Part shown: piece by piece, positions 55,417 to 64,000 of the stretch
How positions within the stretch are numbered: position 1 is the stretch's first letter
Layout of the letters: every line of letters begins with the position of its first letter
Source of the DNA: Candidatus Omnitrophota bacterium
Lineage (GTDB): Bacteria > Omnitrophota > Gorgyraeia > Zapsychrales > JAHFFX01
Assembly (NCBI GenBank): GCA_023247725.1
Contig: JAHFFW010000012.1
Location: 1,833-65,832, forward strand
Length of the DNA stretch: 64,000 nucleotides
Direction of reading: 5' to 3'
Made by a program: the position numbers and the translations under genes
The notes under the pieces: model-generated
Told to the model about the DNA's origin: nothing
Database searches by the model: none
The model's input: only the letters and a program-made list of their open reading frames with translations

Positions 55417-56082
55417 TCATAAGTCATGCCCGCTGTAAGACAGGTTAAAGCTTTTGTTGCACAGCGGAAAATCCGATATGGCATTATTCCGGACGGCCAA
55501 GGCCAGCCCATACCAATTGTGGAAGGAAGGATCCTTGATTTTGTAGCGCCGCAGCTGGCCCTGGCCGTCGGTGATCGCGATGTGCGCGATTTCTCCCCGC
55601 CAGCCTTCCACCAAAGCAACGGTCAACTGATCCGCAGCCAGCTGGCCCGGCTCTTGTTTGAGATTGCCTTCTTGTGGAAAATGATCCAACTGCTCGAGGA
55701 TGAAATTGATGGACTGTTTGATCTCGACGTAGCGCATGTAGGTTCGGGCAAAAACGTCGCCGCCCAAAAGCGTGTGCTTAAAGACCGGGAAGTATTGAAA
55801 AATTCCGAAGGGATGATCGGCCCGCACATCGACGGCGATTCCCGATGCGCGCGCACAAAGTCCGACCAAACCCAAATCCCGGGCCTGATCGCGTGTCAGG
55901 ATTCCGGTTTTTTCCAGACGCGAGAGGACGCTCGCGGTTTCCAGCATGGATTCACACATTCGGACAATATCCTTTTGCACCTTTCCTAAGGTTTTCCGGA
56001 TGCGGTCTTTGAGGATTCCATCGATGGAATAATGGACTCCGCCGGGAACAATCAGACCTTTTCCGAATCGGCTTGCGCACAA
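55417..56082 (-). CDS. C-terminal part of the NuoD/HycE-like large subunit of an Ehr-type complex (C-terminal Ni-binding DPCxxC motif absent). Separated from its N-terminal part by an apparent 1-nt frameshift.
   Basis: RASGIAVDVR and PGGVHYS motifs. C-terminus reads DFPLCNKSF instead of DPCxxC. My hand translation shows this frame stays open upstream to a TAG at 56200-56202. Confidence 0.55.
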   Translation of the reverse strand: MCASRFGKGLIVPGGVHYSIDGILKDRIRKTLGKVQKDIVRMCESMLETASVLSRLEKTGILTRDQARDLGLVGLCARASGIAVDVRADHPFGIFQYFPVFKHTLLGGDVFARTYMRYVEIKQSINFILEQLDHFPQEGNLKQEPGQLAADQLTVALVEGWRGEIAHIAITDGQGQLRRYKIKDPSFHNWYGLALAVRNNAISDFPLCNKSFNLSYSGHDL

Positions 56083-56152
56083 AGCGAGCGAGGTGTTGAT
56101 GACCGAGGTTCGGGTGGCCCCGAAGACCGAACTTCCCAGAAGATGGGCGATG

Positions 56153-56920
56153 TCATTGGGAGATGGCGCCGAGATCCCCGATATGGACGGCCACTCGTTC
56201 TAATTCCAGGGCGATGGCACGAACCGCCATCGCTTCCCGAGAAATTTCCGTGCCGGTCAACGATTCTATGGCCTGCGCATAGGCCATCGCGTGGCCCACG
56301 GCAGAATCGGAGGCGATTGATTCAGCGAGATGCGGTTGGAATCGACTTGCGCCAGGCAAAGGCTTGGCCAGGAACAAGGCCTCCATACCGCGATGCTGAT
56401 ATCCAAGTTGAATTTCGAGATGATGAATTTTTTCACCCAGACACATGAAGCGAAAATGACCGGGCTCAATGACACCCGCGTGAATGGGGCCGACGCCGAC
56501 CTCATGAATTTCCTCGCCTTCCAGTTTAAAGAATGGATAATTCGACGGTGTTTGGCTTGGGTCATAGCGGTCGAAAGGATAACGGACGGGTTTCAGCCAC
56601 GGATGCCCCAGGGGTTTGATACCGAATTGTTCAAAGATCTCCCGTTCGAAGAGATGCACGGCGGGGACTTCCGGTGTCAGGGAATGGAAGATCTGTTCAT
56701 TTTTTAAGGAACATTGTGCAATCAAGAGACGGGATCCTGCATCATCGGCCAGAACCGCAAAGAGCGTGATGCCATCAGGAACCTTTGTCCCAAAAAAACC
56801 GATGATCCTTTTCCCTTTCCGGTATTCATCCACGATCTGTGCATGCAAAACATCGACGGAGAATGGCGGGATATTTTTTAAAGCGACGGATCGATTGTTT
56901 TTCGTTAGGGCCCAGTTCAT
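56153..56920 (-). CDS. N-terminal part of the large subunit: NuoC-like domain fused to the start of the NuoD/HycE-like domain; lacks the Ni-binding Cys motif.
   Basis: MNWALTKNNRS NuoC-like start 4 nt after the upstream gene's stop. GPIHAGVIEPGHFRF. ESIASDSAVGH sits in place of RxCGxCxxxH. Confidence 0.55.
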   Translation of the reverse strand: MNWALTKNNRSVALKNIPPFSVDVLHAQIVDEYRKGKRIIGFFGTKVPDGITLFAVLADDAGSRLLIAQCSLKNEQIFHSLTPEVPAVHLFEREIFEQFGIKPLGHPWLKPVRYPFDRYDPSQTPSNYPFFKLEGEEIHEVGVGPIHAGVIEPGHFRFMCLGEKIHHLEIQLGYQHRGMEALFLAKPLPGASRFQPHLAESIASDSAVGHAMAYAQAIESLTGTEISREAMAVRAIALELERVAVHIGDLGAISQ

Positions 56921-56924
56921 GGTC

Positions 56925-58331
56925 TTAAAAGGCGGAAGCGGTTTGATCCAGCAATTGACACAACACCGGAGGCAGGAAACCGGCTCCGAAGAGAAGCAAC
57001 AAAAAGATGATTTGCGGCCAATAAACAAGGCCCGGAAGTTTTTGGGTAACGACCGGGCGCTCGATTTCTCCCAGGCTCATGACCAAGATGGAGCGGCCCA
57101 TACCGTAAAGGATCACGATGACCAGAACAATAAAAAGAAGGGCGAGAATCGCGTAACCTTTTTGCCAGAGCGCCATGAGGATAAAAAATTTGCTCAAGAA
57201 GATGGGGAACGGAGGAAAGCCCATGAGGCTGAAAAAAGACAGAATCCAGATCCATCCGCTCCGAGGATCTTTCTCGAGAAGGCCTTTGGCATCTTCAATG
57301 TGTTTTGATTGGTAAATTTTTAAAATATTCCCGGAGGTCAAAAAGAGTGAAGCCTTGCTTAAGGAATGGGCGAAAAGGTGCAGCATCGCAGCCCATACGC
57401 CGAGGCCTCCGGCTCCGATTCCGATGGCGAGGATTCCCATATTTTCAATCGAAGAGTAAGCGAGCATGCGTTTGTAATTTTTGTTCCGCAAAAGAAAAAC
57501 CGCGCCGACAAACAGCGAAAGGAATCCTACCCATAGAAAAAGGAGGCTCGTGATTCGCCCCAGTTGGGCCAGATTGATCAATTTGGTCACCCGCAGGATT
57601 CCCAAAAACGCGGTATTTAAAAGCGCGCCGGACAAAAGCGCCGATACCGGTGAGGGTGCCTCGGAATGCGCGTCCGGAAGCCAGGCATGGACCGGCGCCA
57701 GACCCATCTTCGTGCCGAAGCCAATCAAGAGAAATGGAAAAGCAATTTTCAACCAGAATGGCATCACCTGGCCGACATGGGCGTAAAGATCGTGGAAGAA
57801 TAAGGAATCAAAATTGCGGGTTTCTCCCATCGATAAAAGGATGATGCCAACGAAGGCGAGCGAAATCCCAATCGAGCAAATAAAGATATATTTCCAGGTC
57901 GCTTCCATCGTCGATCGGGTCCCATAAAAATAAACCAGGGGGGCGCTGGAAAGAGTCGTGGCTTCCATAAAGACCCAAAATAATCCCAGATGCGAACTTA
58001 ACGTCGCGCCGGTCAAGGAAAAGACAAAAAGCAATAAGCCGACGGTAAAATAGGTGTTTGCCTTTAAAGCCATGGTTTCATCGCTTAAGAAATCCTGACA
58101 GTAGATGGCGATCCCGGCAAAGAGGATCGACACCACGAAGAGAAATAGAATATTAAGATGATCGGTCTGGAAATAGGCAAGGAATGATTCTGGGTTTCCA
58201 TAAAGACGGAAGGAACAAGACAGATGAAGAATGGCGTACATCAAAAGCGCCAGCCTATTCAAAGTCCACGAGCGCGCCAAAAGCAACCCAGCGCTTAAAA
58301 CCAATGGTGCGATGAGAAGGCTTGCGATCAT
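56925..58331 (-). CDS. NuoM/NuoN (HyfF/Mrp antiporter D)-like proton-pumping membrane subunit.
   Basis: Fourteen-TM pattern with a conserved GxxxxHAWLPDAH region. Confidence 0.7.
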   Translation of the reverse strand: MIASLLIAPLVLSAGLLLARSWTLNRLALLMYAILHLSCSFRLYGNPESFLAYFQTDHLNILFLFVVSILFAGIAIYCQDFLSDETMALKANTYFTVGLLLFVFSLTGATLSSHLGLFWVFMEATTLSSAPLVYFYGTRSTMEATWKYIFICSIGISLAFVGIILLSMGETRNFDSLFFHDLYAHVGQVMPFWLKIAFPFLLIGFGTKMGLAPVHAWLPDAHSEAPSPVSALLSGALLNTAFLGILRVTKLINLAQLGRITSLLFLWVGFLSLFVGAVFLLRNKNYKRMLAYSSIENMGILAIGIGAGGLGVWAAMLHLFAHSLSKASLFLTSGNILKIYQSKHIEDAKGLLEKDPRSGWIWILSFFSLMGFPPFPIFLSKFFILMALWQKGYAILALLFIVLVIVILYGMGRSILVMSLGEIERPVVTQKLPGLVYWPQIIFLLLLFGAGFLPPVLCQLLDQTASAF

Positions 58332-58967
58332 CTAATCCTTTAAATAGGTCAGGCGGTCCACATCGGGATTTTCGATCGTGGATTCGATTTTATTAATAAA
58401 AATTCCCAGCAACAGGACGACGAGGAAGATGTCCAAGAGCACACCAGTGTTAACGATCATGGGCATTTCATGAACCTTGGATAAGGACAAAAGAAAAATG
58501 CCGTTCTCCACGATCATAAAACCCATGGTGTGAGTGATCAATTTTTTTCGGGTGAGGATGATAAAGAGGCCAAAAACAATCGTGGAGATGGAGATCCCGA
58601 AATGCAGGTGGCCCAACCCGGCGACATGTTCGCGAGCCCAGTAAGCCAGGAAAAATCCTAGGGCGAAGATGAGGCTCGTAAACAATAAGGAATAAAAATG
58701 ACTGATATAAGGTTCGGTCTCGCGGGAGATTTCATTTTCGCGGATCGTCCGCATCAGGAATTGCGGGATGATGATCGCTTTAAATCCTAAGGTTTCTAAG
58801 ATCAGGAACGCGAAATTCCAGGGATTGAGATGGCCGAAGCTGTTCAAAACCAGGATGGTCAATAAAAATCCTTGGAAGGCCAGGGCCTTGATGTATCCCT
58901 CTAAGCGGCTGATGGCCGAGATGTAAAGGAGGCTCAGTCCAAAGAGGATAATGATGAGATTGATCAT
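58332..58967 (-). CDS. HyfE-like small membrane subunit of group-4 hydrogenase-type complexes.
   Basis: 211-aa polytopic protein. Its position and size match HyfE. Confidence 0.5.
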   Translation of the reverse strand: MINLIIILFGLSLLYISAISRLEGYIKALAFQGFLLTILVLNSFGHLNPWNFAFLILETLGFKAIIIPQFLMRTIRENEISRETEPYISHFYSLLFTSLIFALGFFLAYWAREHVAGLGHLHFGISISTIVFGLFIILTRKKLITHTMGFMIVENGIFLLSLSKVHEMPMIVNTGVLLDIFLVVLLLGIFINKIESTIENPDVDRLTYLKD

Positions 58968-59875
58968 CCCGGCCCTCCCTGGCTAAAAATGGCGATGGAT
59001 AAAATCAACAAACCGATCGAGGTCGCGACCAAAATAAATTGAGGGACATGCACCATCCGCAGACGCGCCATCGAAGATTCCAGCAATCCAATGACCACGG
59101 CGATAAAAAACAATGCGCCGCCGGTCGCTAAAAGCGTGAGCCATCCCGGCAGTCCGGAAGGAATTAGAAGATCCGCGATCAATAGCCCCAGGACCACCAT
59201 TTTCATGGCCGAAGCCGAAAGGATCAATCCCAGATCCGGTCCGGAATGATCCAGAACCATGACCTCATGGATCATGGTCAATTCGAGATGGGTGTTCGGA
59301 TCATCCACGGGCATTCGGCAACCTTCGACGAGGATCAGGATAAAAAGCGCCACGAGTCCTAAGGTGATGATGAGATTGGACCAAGGATTGTAATGCTGCA
59401 GGGCAACAAAAATTCCTCCAAAGGAAGTTTGGTCCGAAATGAAGGCGAGGGTCCCTAACAAAATAAAAAATGCCGGCTCGACCCAGACTGAGAACGTCGC
59501 TTCGCGGCTGGCCCCCATGCCTTCGAAACTATTGCCCGTGTCCATCGCCGCCAGTAAAGAAAAAAATCGTCCCAGCGCTAAAAGGTAAGCAAAGAGAATA
59601 AAATCGCCGTTAAAGCCAAGGATTGCAGGGCAAGGTCCGACAGGAATCAGCAAACCCGCTAACACAATCGTCGCAAGATTGACAGAGGGAGCAATCTGAA
59701 AGATGAAAGACGTGGTCGAGGAAATCACTTGCCCTTTATGGAACAAGCGTCCGATATCAAAGAACGGCTGGATCACTGGCGGCCCTTGCCGGCCAGCGCA
59801 GAGGGATTTGACGCGGTTGATGACGCCGATGAAAAGGCAGGGAAGAACCAAGAGAAAAAAAAGATGCACGATCAT
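58964..59875 (-). CDS. NuoH/HycD-like membrane subunit.
   Basis: MIVHLFFLLVLPCLFIGVINRVKSLCAGRQGPPVIQPFFD start, typical of HycD/NuoH. Confidence 0.7.
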   Translation of the reverse strand: MIVHLFFLLVLPCLFIGVINRVKSLCAGRQGPPVIQPFFDIGRLFHKGQVISSTTSFIFQIAPSVNLATIVLAGLLIPVGPCPAILGFNGDFILFAYLLALGRFFSLLAAMDTGNSFEGMGASREATFSVWVEPAFFILLGTLAFISDQTSFGGIFVALQHYNPWSNLIITLGLVALFILILVEGCRMPVDDPNTHLELTMIHEVMVLDHSGPDLGLILSASAMKMVVLGLLIADLLIPSGLPGWLTLLATGGALFFIAVVIGLLESSMARLRMVHVPQFILVATSIGLLILSIAIFSQGGPG

Positions 59876-61863
59876 GGGATGACTCCGATCGTCCAGATGA
59901 GGACTCCGACTAGAAAAATCAATCCATAAAGAATGTATTGCTGGATGTTGCCGCTTTGAATCCCTCTAAACAAACCCAGGAATCCGCGAATGGCCGCCCC
60001 GGCGGGCGTAAAGACATACGATTCGAAAATATCGCGATGGTGCGATTGATATGAGGCTTTCTGGGGAAAAAGTTCTTCCGGTTTTATCTTGTGGGAAGTT
60101 CGATTCACCAAAAATTCCGCTAACGATAAGAATGGTGCGGCATAAGAGGCCGCCGTGTATTGCATCCGGGTTGTCGTCGCCGGATAACCGCAATCCCAGG
60201 TGCGATGTTTTTGGATCAAACTTTTTTTCAAACAAAGAGAACGAACCCCATAAATGATCACGGTCAATCCCGCCAAGAGACATAAAACAAAAGCAAGATG
60301 ACTCAGGGTTTTTTCAAGATCAGCCATGACGGAAAAATCCGCGCTGCGAGCCAACGGCGCCAGCGGATATCGGAGAATGGAAAAAATCAACTGGGGCAAG
60401 ACCCCCAGCCCCAGACAGAAAAAGCCCAGAATTCCCATGGGAAGGAGCATGCTCGGCGTACCTTCGGAAGTTTCTCCGATGGCAATTGGTTGCCTCGGCT
60501 TCCCTAAGAAAACCACGCCGAAGGCCTTGGTAAAACACAAAAGGGCCAAGGCCCCGATCGTGGCCATGGCTCCCATGGACAAAACAGACACCGCGGACAA
60601 AAAAGGTTGGTGCGAACGAAATCCGTTCAGCAGGCTGATAAAAATGAGGAATTCACTGATGAAGCCGTTAAAAAGCGGCAGTCCGCAAATGGCTAGAGAA
60701 CCGATTAAGAAAAAAAATGCCGTGTAGGGCATGCGTTTGCCCAGGCCGCCTAGAAGTTCCATGTTCCGCTGGTGGGTTTTTTGAAAAACCGCGCCGGCCC
60801 CGAAGAACAAAAGTCCTTTGAACAAGGCGTGGTTCCATACGTGCAAAATTCCGCCGGCGAATCCGAAAATCGCCAAGAGAGGATTGTGATAGGAAAGACC
60901 CAAAAGCCCCAGACCAATTCCCATGCCGATGATGCCGATATTCTCGACGCTGTGGTAGGCCAGGAGTTTTTTTAGGTCGTGTTCGGCGATGGCATAGATC
61001 ACACCCAGAATTCCGGAGGCAACCGCGATGAAGAGGACGCCATATCCGACGGCCAGTGATGGGTCGGGGAAAAAGGTGATCATTCGTAGAATTCCATAAA
61101 TACCGGTTTTGATCATGACTCCCGACATCATCGCCGAGATGTGGCTGGGGGCCGCGGGATGGGCCTTCGGGAGCCAGGTATGAAAGGGGACAAATCCCGC
61201 CTTGATGCCAAAACCGACAAAAAAGACAAGAAAAATCCCATTGCTCCAGGACCGATCGGCTTTGAAAACTTCCGCGAAGGAAGCAAAATTCCAGCTGTGG
61301 GATTTGAGCGCTATGGAAATGAAGCCGATCGTCAGGAACATGACCCCGATCTGCATGGCGATGAGATAATTGAGGCCCGCCTCCAGGACCTCGCTTTTCT
61401 TTTGTTCAAAAAGGATCAGTAAAAATGAAAACAAGGACATGAGTTCCCAGATGAAAAGAAAGGCCAGGGCATTTTGTACGACGGGGACTAACAGCATGCT
61501 GGCCATGAACAGACTCAACAAAAAATAATGCGAGCTAAGCGAGTATCCCTTTTGACCAGCGTAAGGCCGCAAATACCCGATGGAATAAATCGTTCCCAAA
61601 AAACTCACGAGCGTAATGACCGTGACAAAGAAGGCCGCCAGAGGATCAAGGATCAAAGGGATAGGACCAATCGGTGGGTGGAAGAAGAGGACAATGCGGT
61701 CGGTGACGGCGCCGAGGAGGATCGGAATACTTTGGCGCAGGATACACAGTGTCCCCATGCCGGTAAAAAAAACCAGCGTCTTGCCTTTGGATGAATCGGG
61801 CCGGAAGAGAGAAAAAATTCCCCCCAGCAAAATAAAGCCGATCCCCGCAAGAAAAAGGTTCAT
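59872..61863 (-). CDS. NuoL (HyfB/MrpA)-like membrane subunit.
   Basis: 663-aa polytopic protein carrying the WLPxAHxAPSxISAxxSGVMIK motif. Confidence 0.7.
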   Translation of the reverse strand: MNLFLAGIGFILLGGIFSLFRPDSSKGKTLVFFTGMGTLCILRQSIPILLGAVTDRIVLFFHPPIGPIPLILDPLAAFFVTVITLVSFLGTIYSIGYLRPYAGQKGYSLSSHYFLLSLFMASMLLVPVVQNALAFLFIWELMSLFSFLLILFEQKKSEVLEAGLNYLIAMQIGVMFLTIGFISIALKSHSWNFASFAEVFKADRSWSNGIFLVFFVGFGIKAGFVPFHTWLPKAHPAAPSHISAMMSGVMIKTGIYGILRMITFFPDPSLAVGYGVLFIAVASGILGVIYAIAEHDLKKLLAYHSVENIGIIGMGIGLGLLGLSYHNPLLAIFGFAGGILHVWNHALFKGLLFFGAGAVFQKTHQRNMELLGGLGKRMPYTAFFFLIGSLAICGLPLFNGFISEFLIFISLLNGFRSHQPFLSAVSVLSMGAMATIGALALLCFTKAFGVVFLGKPRQPIAIGETSEGTPSMLLPMGILGFFCLGLGVLPQLIFSILRYPLAPLARSADFSVMADLEKTLSHLAFVLCLLAGLTVIIYGVRSLCLKKSLIQKHRTWDCGYPATTTRMQYTAASYAAPFLSLAEFLVNRTSHKIKPEELFPQKASYQSHHRDIFESYVFTPAGAAIRGFLGLFRGIQSGNIQQYILYGLIFLVGVLIWTIGVIP

Positions 61864-62543
61864 GGCCGATCCTGCTTTAGCCAGATCATTTCCTTTTGCT
61901 GGATATAATCGAAAATTTTTTCGGCCACAGACCGCTTCTTTAATAGAGAAAGGAAATCATCCTGTTGGCATAAAAACGAGATCTTGGTCAAGATTTCCAG
62001 ATGGCGCTGCGGGTTGGCGCTTAGAACAATAAAAAGCGTGTGAACCGCTTCCTGATCGAGGGCCTCAAAATCGACCGGATTCTGCAGCAAAAACATGGAA
62101 ATGGTTTCGTGTTCAACGTCGGCAATAATGGGATTGCGTGGATGAGGGATGGCGATCCCGCGGCCAATGGCGGTGGGCATCATGTCCTCGCGTTGTAATA
62201 GGGAAAAGATAACAGCCTTGCGGTCAGTCCCCGGAGGCAGCGGCAGAATTTCTCCGGCCTGTCGGATCGCTTCAAGGATGCTCGCTCCCGCATTGTGGTA
62301 AAAAATTCTTCCGCGAGACAGAAGCTGGGTCAGACGCACGGGCGAGGCAGAAGCGCTCAGATCGTAAATTTTAGCGGAAACCGGCAAGCGGTTTTTGAGG
62401 ATCCAATCGTTGATCTCGAGCTTATTGAAACGGTATTGATGGTTGATTTTGTAAGCGGGGATCTTTTGTTCTTGAATCCAGCGATAAATCTTTTTTTCCG
62501 ACACCCCCAGCAATTGTGCGATGTCTTTAATTTTTAAATTCAT
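61860..62543 (-). CDS. HTH (excisionase/MerR-like) DNA-binding domain fused to a PTS EIIA-type-2 domain; a putative regulator heading the Ehr operon.
   Basis: N-terminus IKDIAQLLGVSEKKIYRWIQEQKIPAYKI. EIIA-2 motif TAIGRGIAIPHPR. 4-nt overlap with the nuoL-like gene. Confidence 0.6.
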   Translation of the reverse strand: MNLKIKDIAQLLGVSEKKIYRWIQEQKIPAYKINHQYRFNKLEINDWILKNRLPVSAKIYDLSASASPVRLTQLLSRGRIFYHNAGASILEAIRQAGEILPLPPGTDRKAVIFSLLQREDMMPTAIGRGIAIPHPRNPIIADVEHETISMFLLQNPVDFEALDQEAVHTLFIVLSANPQRHLEILTKISFLCQQDDFLSLLKKRSVAEKIFDYIQQKEMIWLKQDRP

Positions 62544-62728
62544 GGATGCTGCTCAAAAAAATTCAAATTTTGGGGAAAAGTTAATTTATTCTATAACCAG
62601 AGACCAACGTGTCAATCAATATCTGGGTGGAGTTGACACTGCGGCGGCCTCCCCGGCCCTCCTCTCACCCCCGGGGTGAGAGGAGGGCACGTCGAAGGGT
62701 TGACTCCCATTTTCTTTTGTGCTAGCGT

Positions 62729-63427
62729 ATGGCAATGATTTCCGACAATGTCACGCGAATTAAGGATCGAATCGCCGCGATTTGCCAAACCATAGGACGT
62801 AACCCGCAGGACATCACTCTCGTTGCCGTCACCAAATTTGCCTCTATCGAAAAGATTAAGGAGGCGATTGCCGCCGGAATCACGCATATCGCCGAGAATA
62901 AGGTCCAGGAAGGCCAGCACAAATATGCTTTGGTCGATAAGGCCGGCAAGAAGGTCACGTGCCATTTGATCGGTCATCTGCAGACGAACAAGGCGAAAGA
63001 TGCTTTGAAGATCTTTGACCTGATTCAATCGGTGGATTCGTTAAAACTGGCGCATGAAATTGATAAACAAACGGCTAAATTAGGGCGAACGGCGGAAATT
63101 CTGGTTCAGGTCAATACTTCTGGAGAAGCACAGAAATATGGTTGTCCTCCGCAAGAGGCCATTCGGTTGATCGAAGCCATCCTGACTTTGGGGAACGTGC
63201 GCATCAAAGGGTTGATGACCATGGCTCCTTTGACCGAGGATGAGAAAAGGGTGGCTGCCACGTTTTCAGGCTTGCGAAAAATCCAGGATCAGGCGAAGAA
63301 ACAATTTCAGGGACAGAATAACTTTACCCCGCAATATTTATCCATGGGAATGTCGCAGGATTTCGAAATTGCGCTCAAAGAGGGAGCGAATATGCTGCGG
63401 ATCGGGAGCGCGATTTTTAAAGAGTAA
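62729..63427 (+). CDS. yggS: YggS-family pyridoxal-phosphate homeostasis protein.
   Basis: LVAVTKF...HLIGHLQTNK pattern. ~230 aa. Confidence 0.85.
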   Translation: MAMISDNVTRIKDRIAAICQTIGRNPQDITLVAVTKFASIEKIKEAIAAGITHIAENKVQEGQHKYALVDKAGKKVTCHLIGHLQTNKAKDALKIFDLIQSVDSLKLAHEIDKQTAKLGRTAEILVQVNTSGEAQKYGCPPQEAIRLIEAILTLGNVRIKGLMTMAPLTEDEKRVAATFSGLRKIQDQAKKQFQGQNNFTPQYLSMGMSQDFEIALKEGANMLRIGSAIFKE

Positions 63428-63435
63428 ATCGAGTT

Positions 63436-63590
63436 CGTTGGACGTAGTACGTCCGCTCGTCTGCCTTGCACAGTCTCGTTGGGACGTAGGACGTGATCAT
63501 TAAACAGCGCTCCATTCAAGAACCACGTCCCACGTCCGAGCGACTCGACGAAGGCGAGGAGCGAACGTCCCACTTCCTACGTAAATAAGG
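63436..63590. promoter_or_regulatory. Large imperfect inverted repeat built from GGACGT/ACGTCC-rich units, lying between yggS and proC.
   Basis: Units ttGGACGTAGTACGTCC and ttGGGACGTAGGACGTG lie in the left arm. Their reverse complements CACGTCCCACGTCC and ACGTCCCACTTCCTACGT lie in the right arm. Confidence 0.45.
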
Positions 63591-63597
63591 GTTAAAA

Positions 63598-64000
63598 ATG
63601 CAAAAACTCGGCATCATCGGCGGTGGGAACATGGGCGAGGCCATCATAGAACGCGTCCGTCCGGACTATCCTGTCTTGGTGAGCGAAAAAGATTCATCCC
63701 GCCAGGAATGTCTCAAGAAGAATCTTCAACTCAATCCCGTTGCGCTGAGTTTTTTATTGAAAGAAGCGGACATCATTCTCATTGCGGTCAAACCGCAGGA
63801 TATGGAAGGGTTATTAAAAGAGATTTCCCCAGCTCTAAAAACCTCCCAACTCATCATTTCCATTGCCGCAGGCGTGACTACCCTATATATAGAGAAGCGA
63901 CTTCCCAAAAAGACGCGGGTCATCCGCACCATGCCGAACATGCCGGCCATGGTGGGGGAAGGGATTACCGCGATCTGCGCCGGAAAGAACCTTTTGCCCG
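63598..64000 (+). CDS. proC: Pyrroline-5-carboxylate reductase. Partial: the gene runs off the right edge.
   Basis: MQKLGIIGGGNMGEAII Rossmann N-terminus; the yggS-proC order is conserved in many bacteria. RBS AAGGG. Confidence 0.75.
   Translation, partial: MQKLGIIGGGNMGEAIIERVRPDYPVLVSEKDSSRQECLKKNLQLNPVALSFLLKEADIILIAVKPQDMEGLLKEISPALKTSQLIISIAAGVTTLYIEKRLPKKTRVIRTMPNMPAMVGEGITAICAGKNLLP

Noticed and set aside
56153-57028. Listed start of the large-subunit ORF at 57028 (MFIGRKSSFCCF...).
   Set aside because: The first 36 codons overlap the upstream nuoM-like gene in another frame. The NuoC-like start MNWALTKNNRS at 56920, 4 nt after the upstream stop, is preferred.
1-64000. tRNA/rRNA scan by eye (GTTCGA/T-loop-like motifs, 16S/23S signatures).
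   Set aside because: I found no cloverleaf-compatible segments or rRNA-like stretches; none called.

Overview
The window looks like a 64-kb chromosomal segment from a Gram-negative (diderm) bacterium of uncertain phylum. GC content is about 50-55%, genes are densely packed, and many neighbouring genes overlap by 4 nt (translational coupling). I found no rRNA, tRNA or CRISPR arrays. Genes I could recognise: a partial LOG-family gene on the minus strand at the left edge; a DUF3857/transglutaminase-like protein; a Met-rich CxxC periplasmic protein; a PPP-type metallophosphoesterase; a Pif1-family helicase; a DUF378 protein; a MarR-TolC-HlyD-ABC-ABC2 efflux operon; DUF4019; NUDIX; a DAACS symporter; two L,D-transpeptidases flanking an AT-rich islet with two overlapping unknown genes; a 1281-aa AsmA-like protein with internal tandem repeats followed by a fused ABC transporter; two paralogous PilZ proteins bracketing two small genes; a TPR-AAA+ ATPase paired with a TPR membrane protein; GST, ychF, a PQQ-type sugar dehydrogenase and YceI; trxA-panD-def-lipA; flippase-like and NYN/YacP genes; mlaE-lipoprotein-mlaF-mlaD; MscS, yggT, ybaB, a PC4-like protein and greA; a VapBC-like RHH+PIN pair; HIT, xth; an AddA-like helicase-nuclease and AddB-like nuclease separated by a secreted protein and a divergent RelA/SpoT-type HD domain protein; a DUF4143 ATPase; a minus-strand group-4 hydrogenase-like 'Ehr' membrane complex (NuoL/H/HyfE/NuoM/NuoCD/NuoB-Fd homologues) whose large subunit has lost the Ni-binding cysteines and is frameshifted, preceded by an HTH+PTS-EIIA regulator; yggS and partial proC. 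Repeats worth noting: a ~110-bp MITE-like element in two inverted copies, a REP-like GC hairpin in two copies, a 17-nt hairpin motif in three copies, and a ~45-nt mini-repeat inserted in-frame into both addA and addB.
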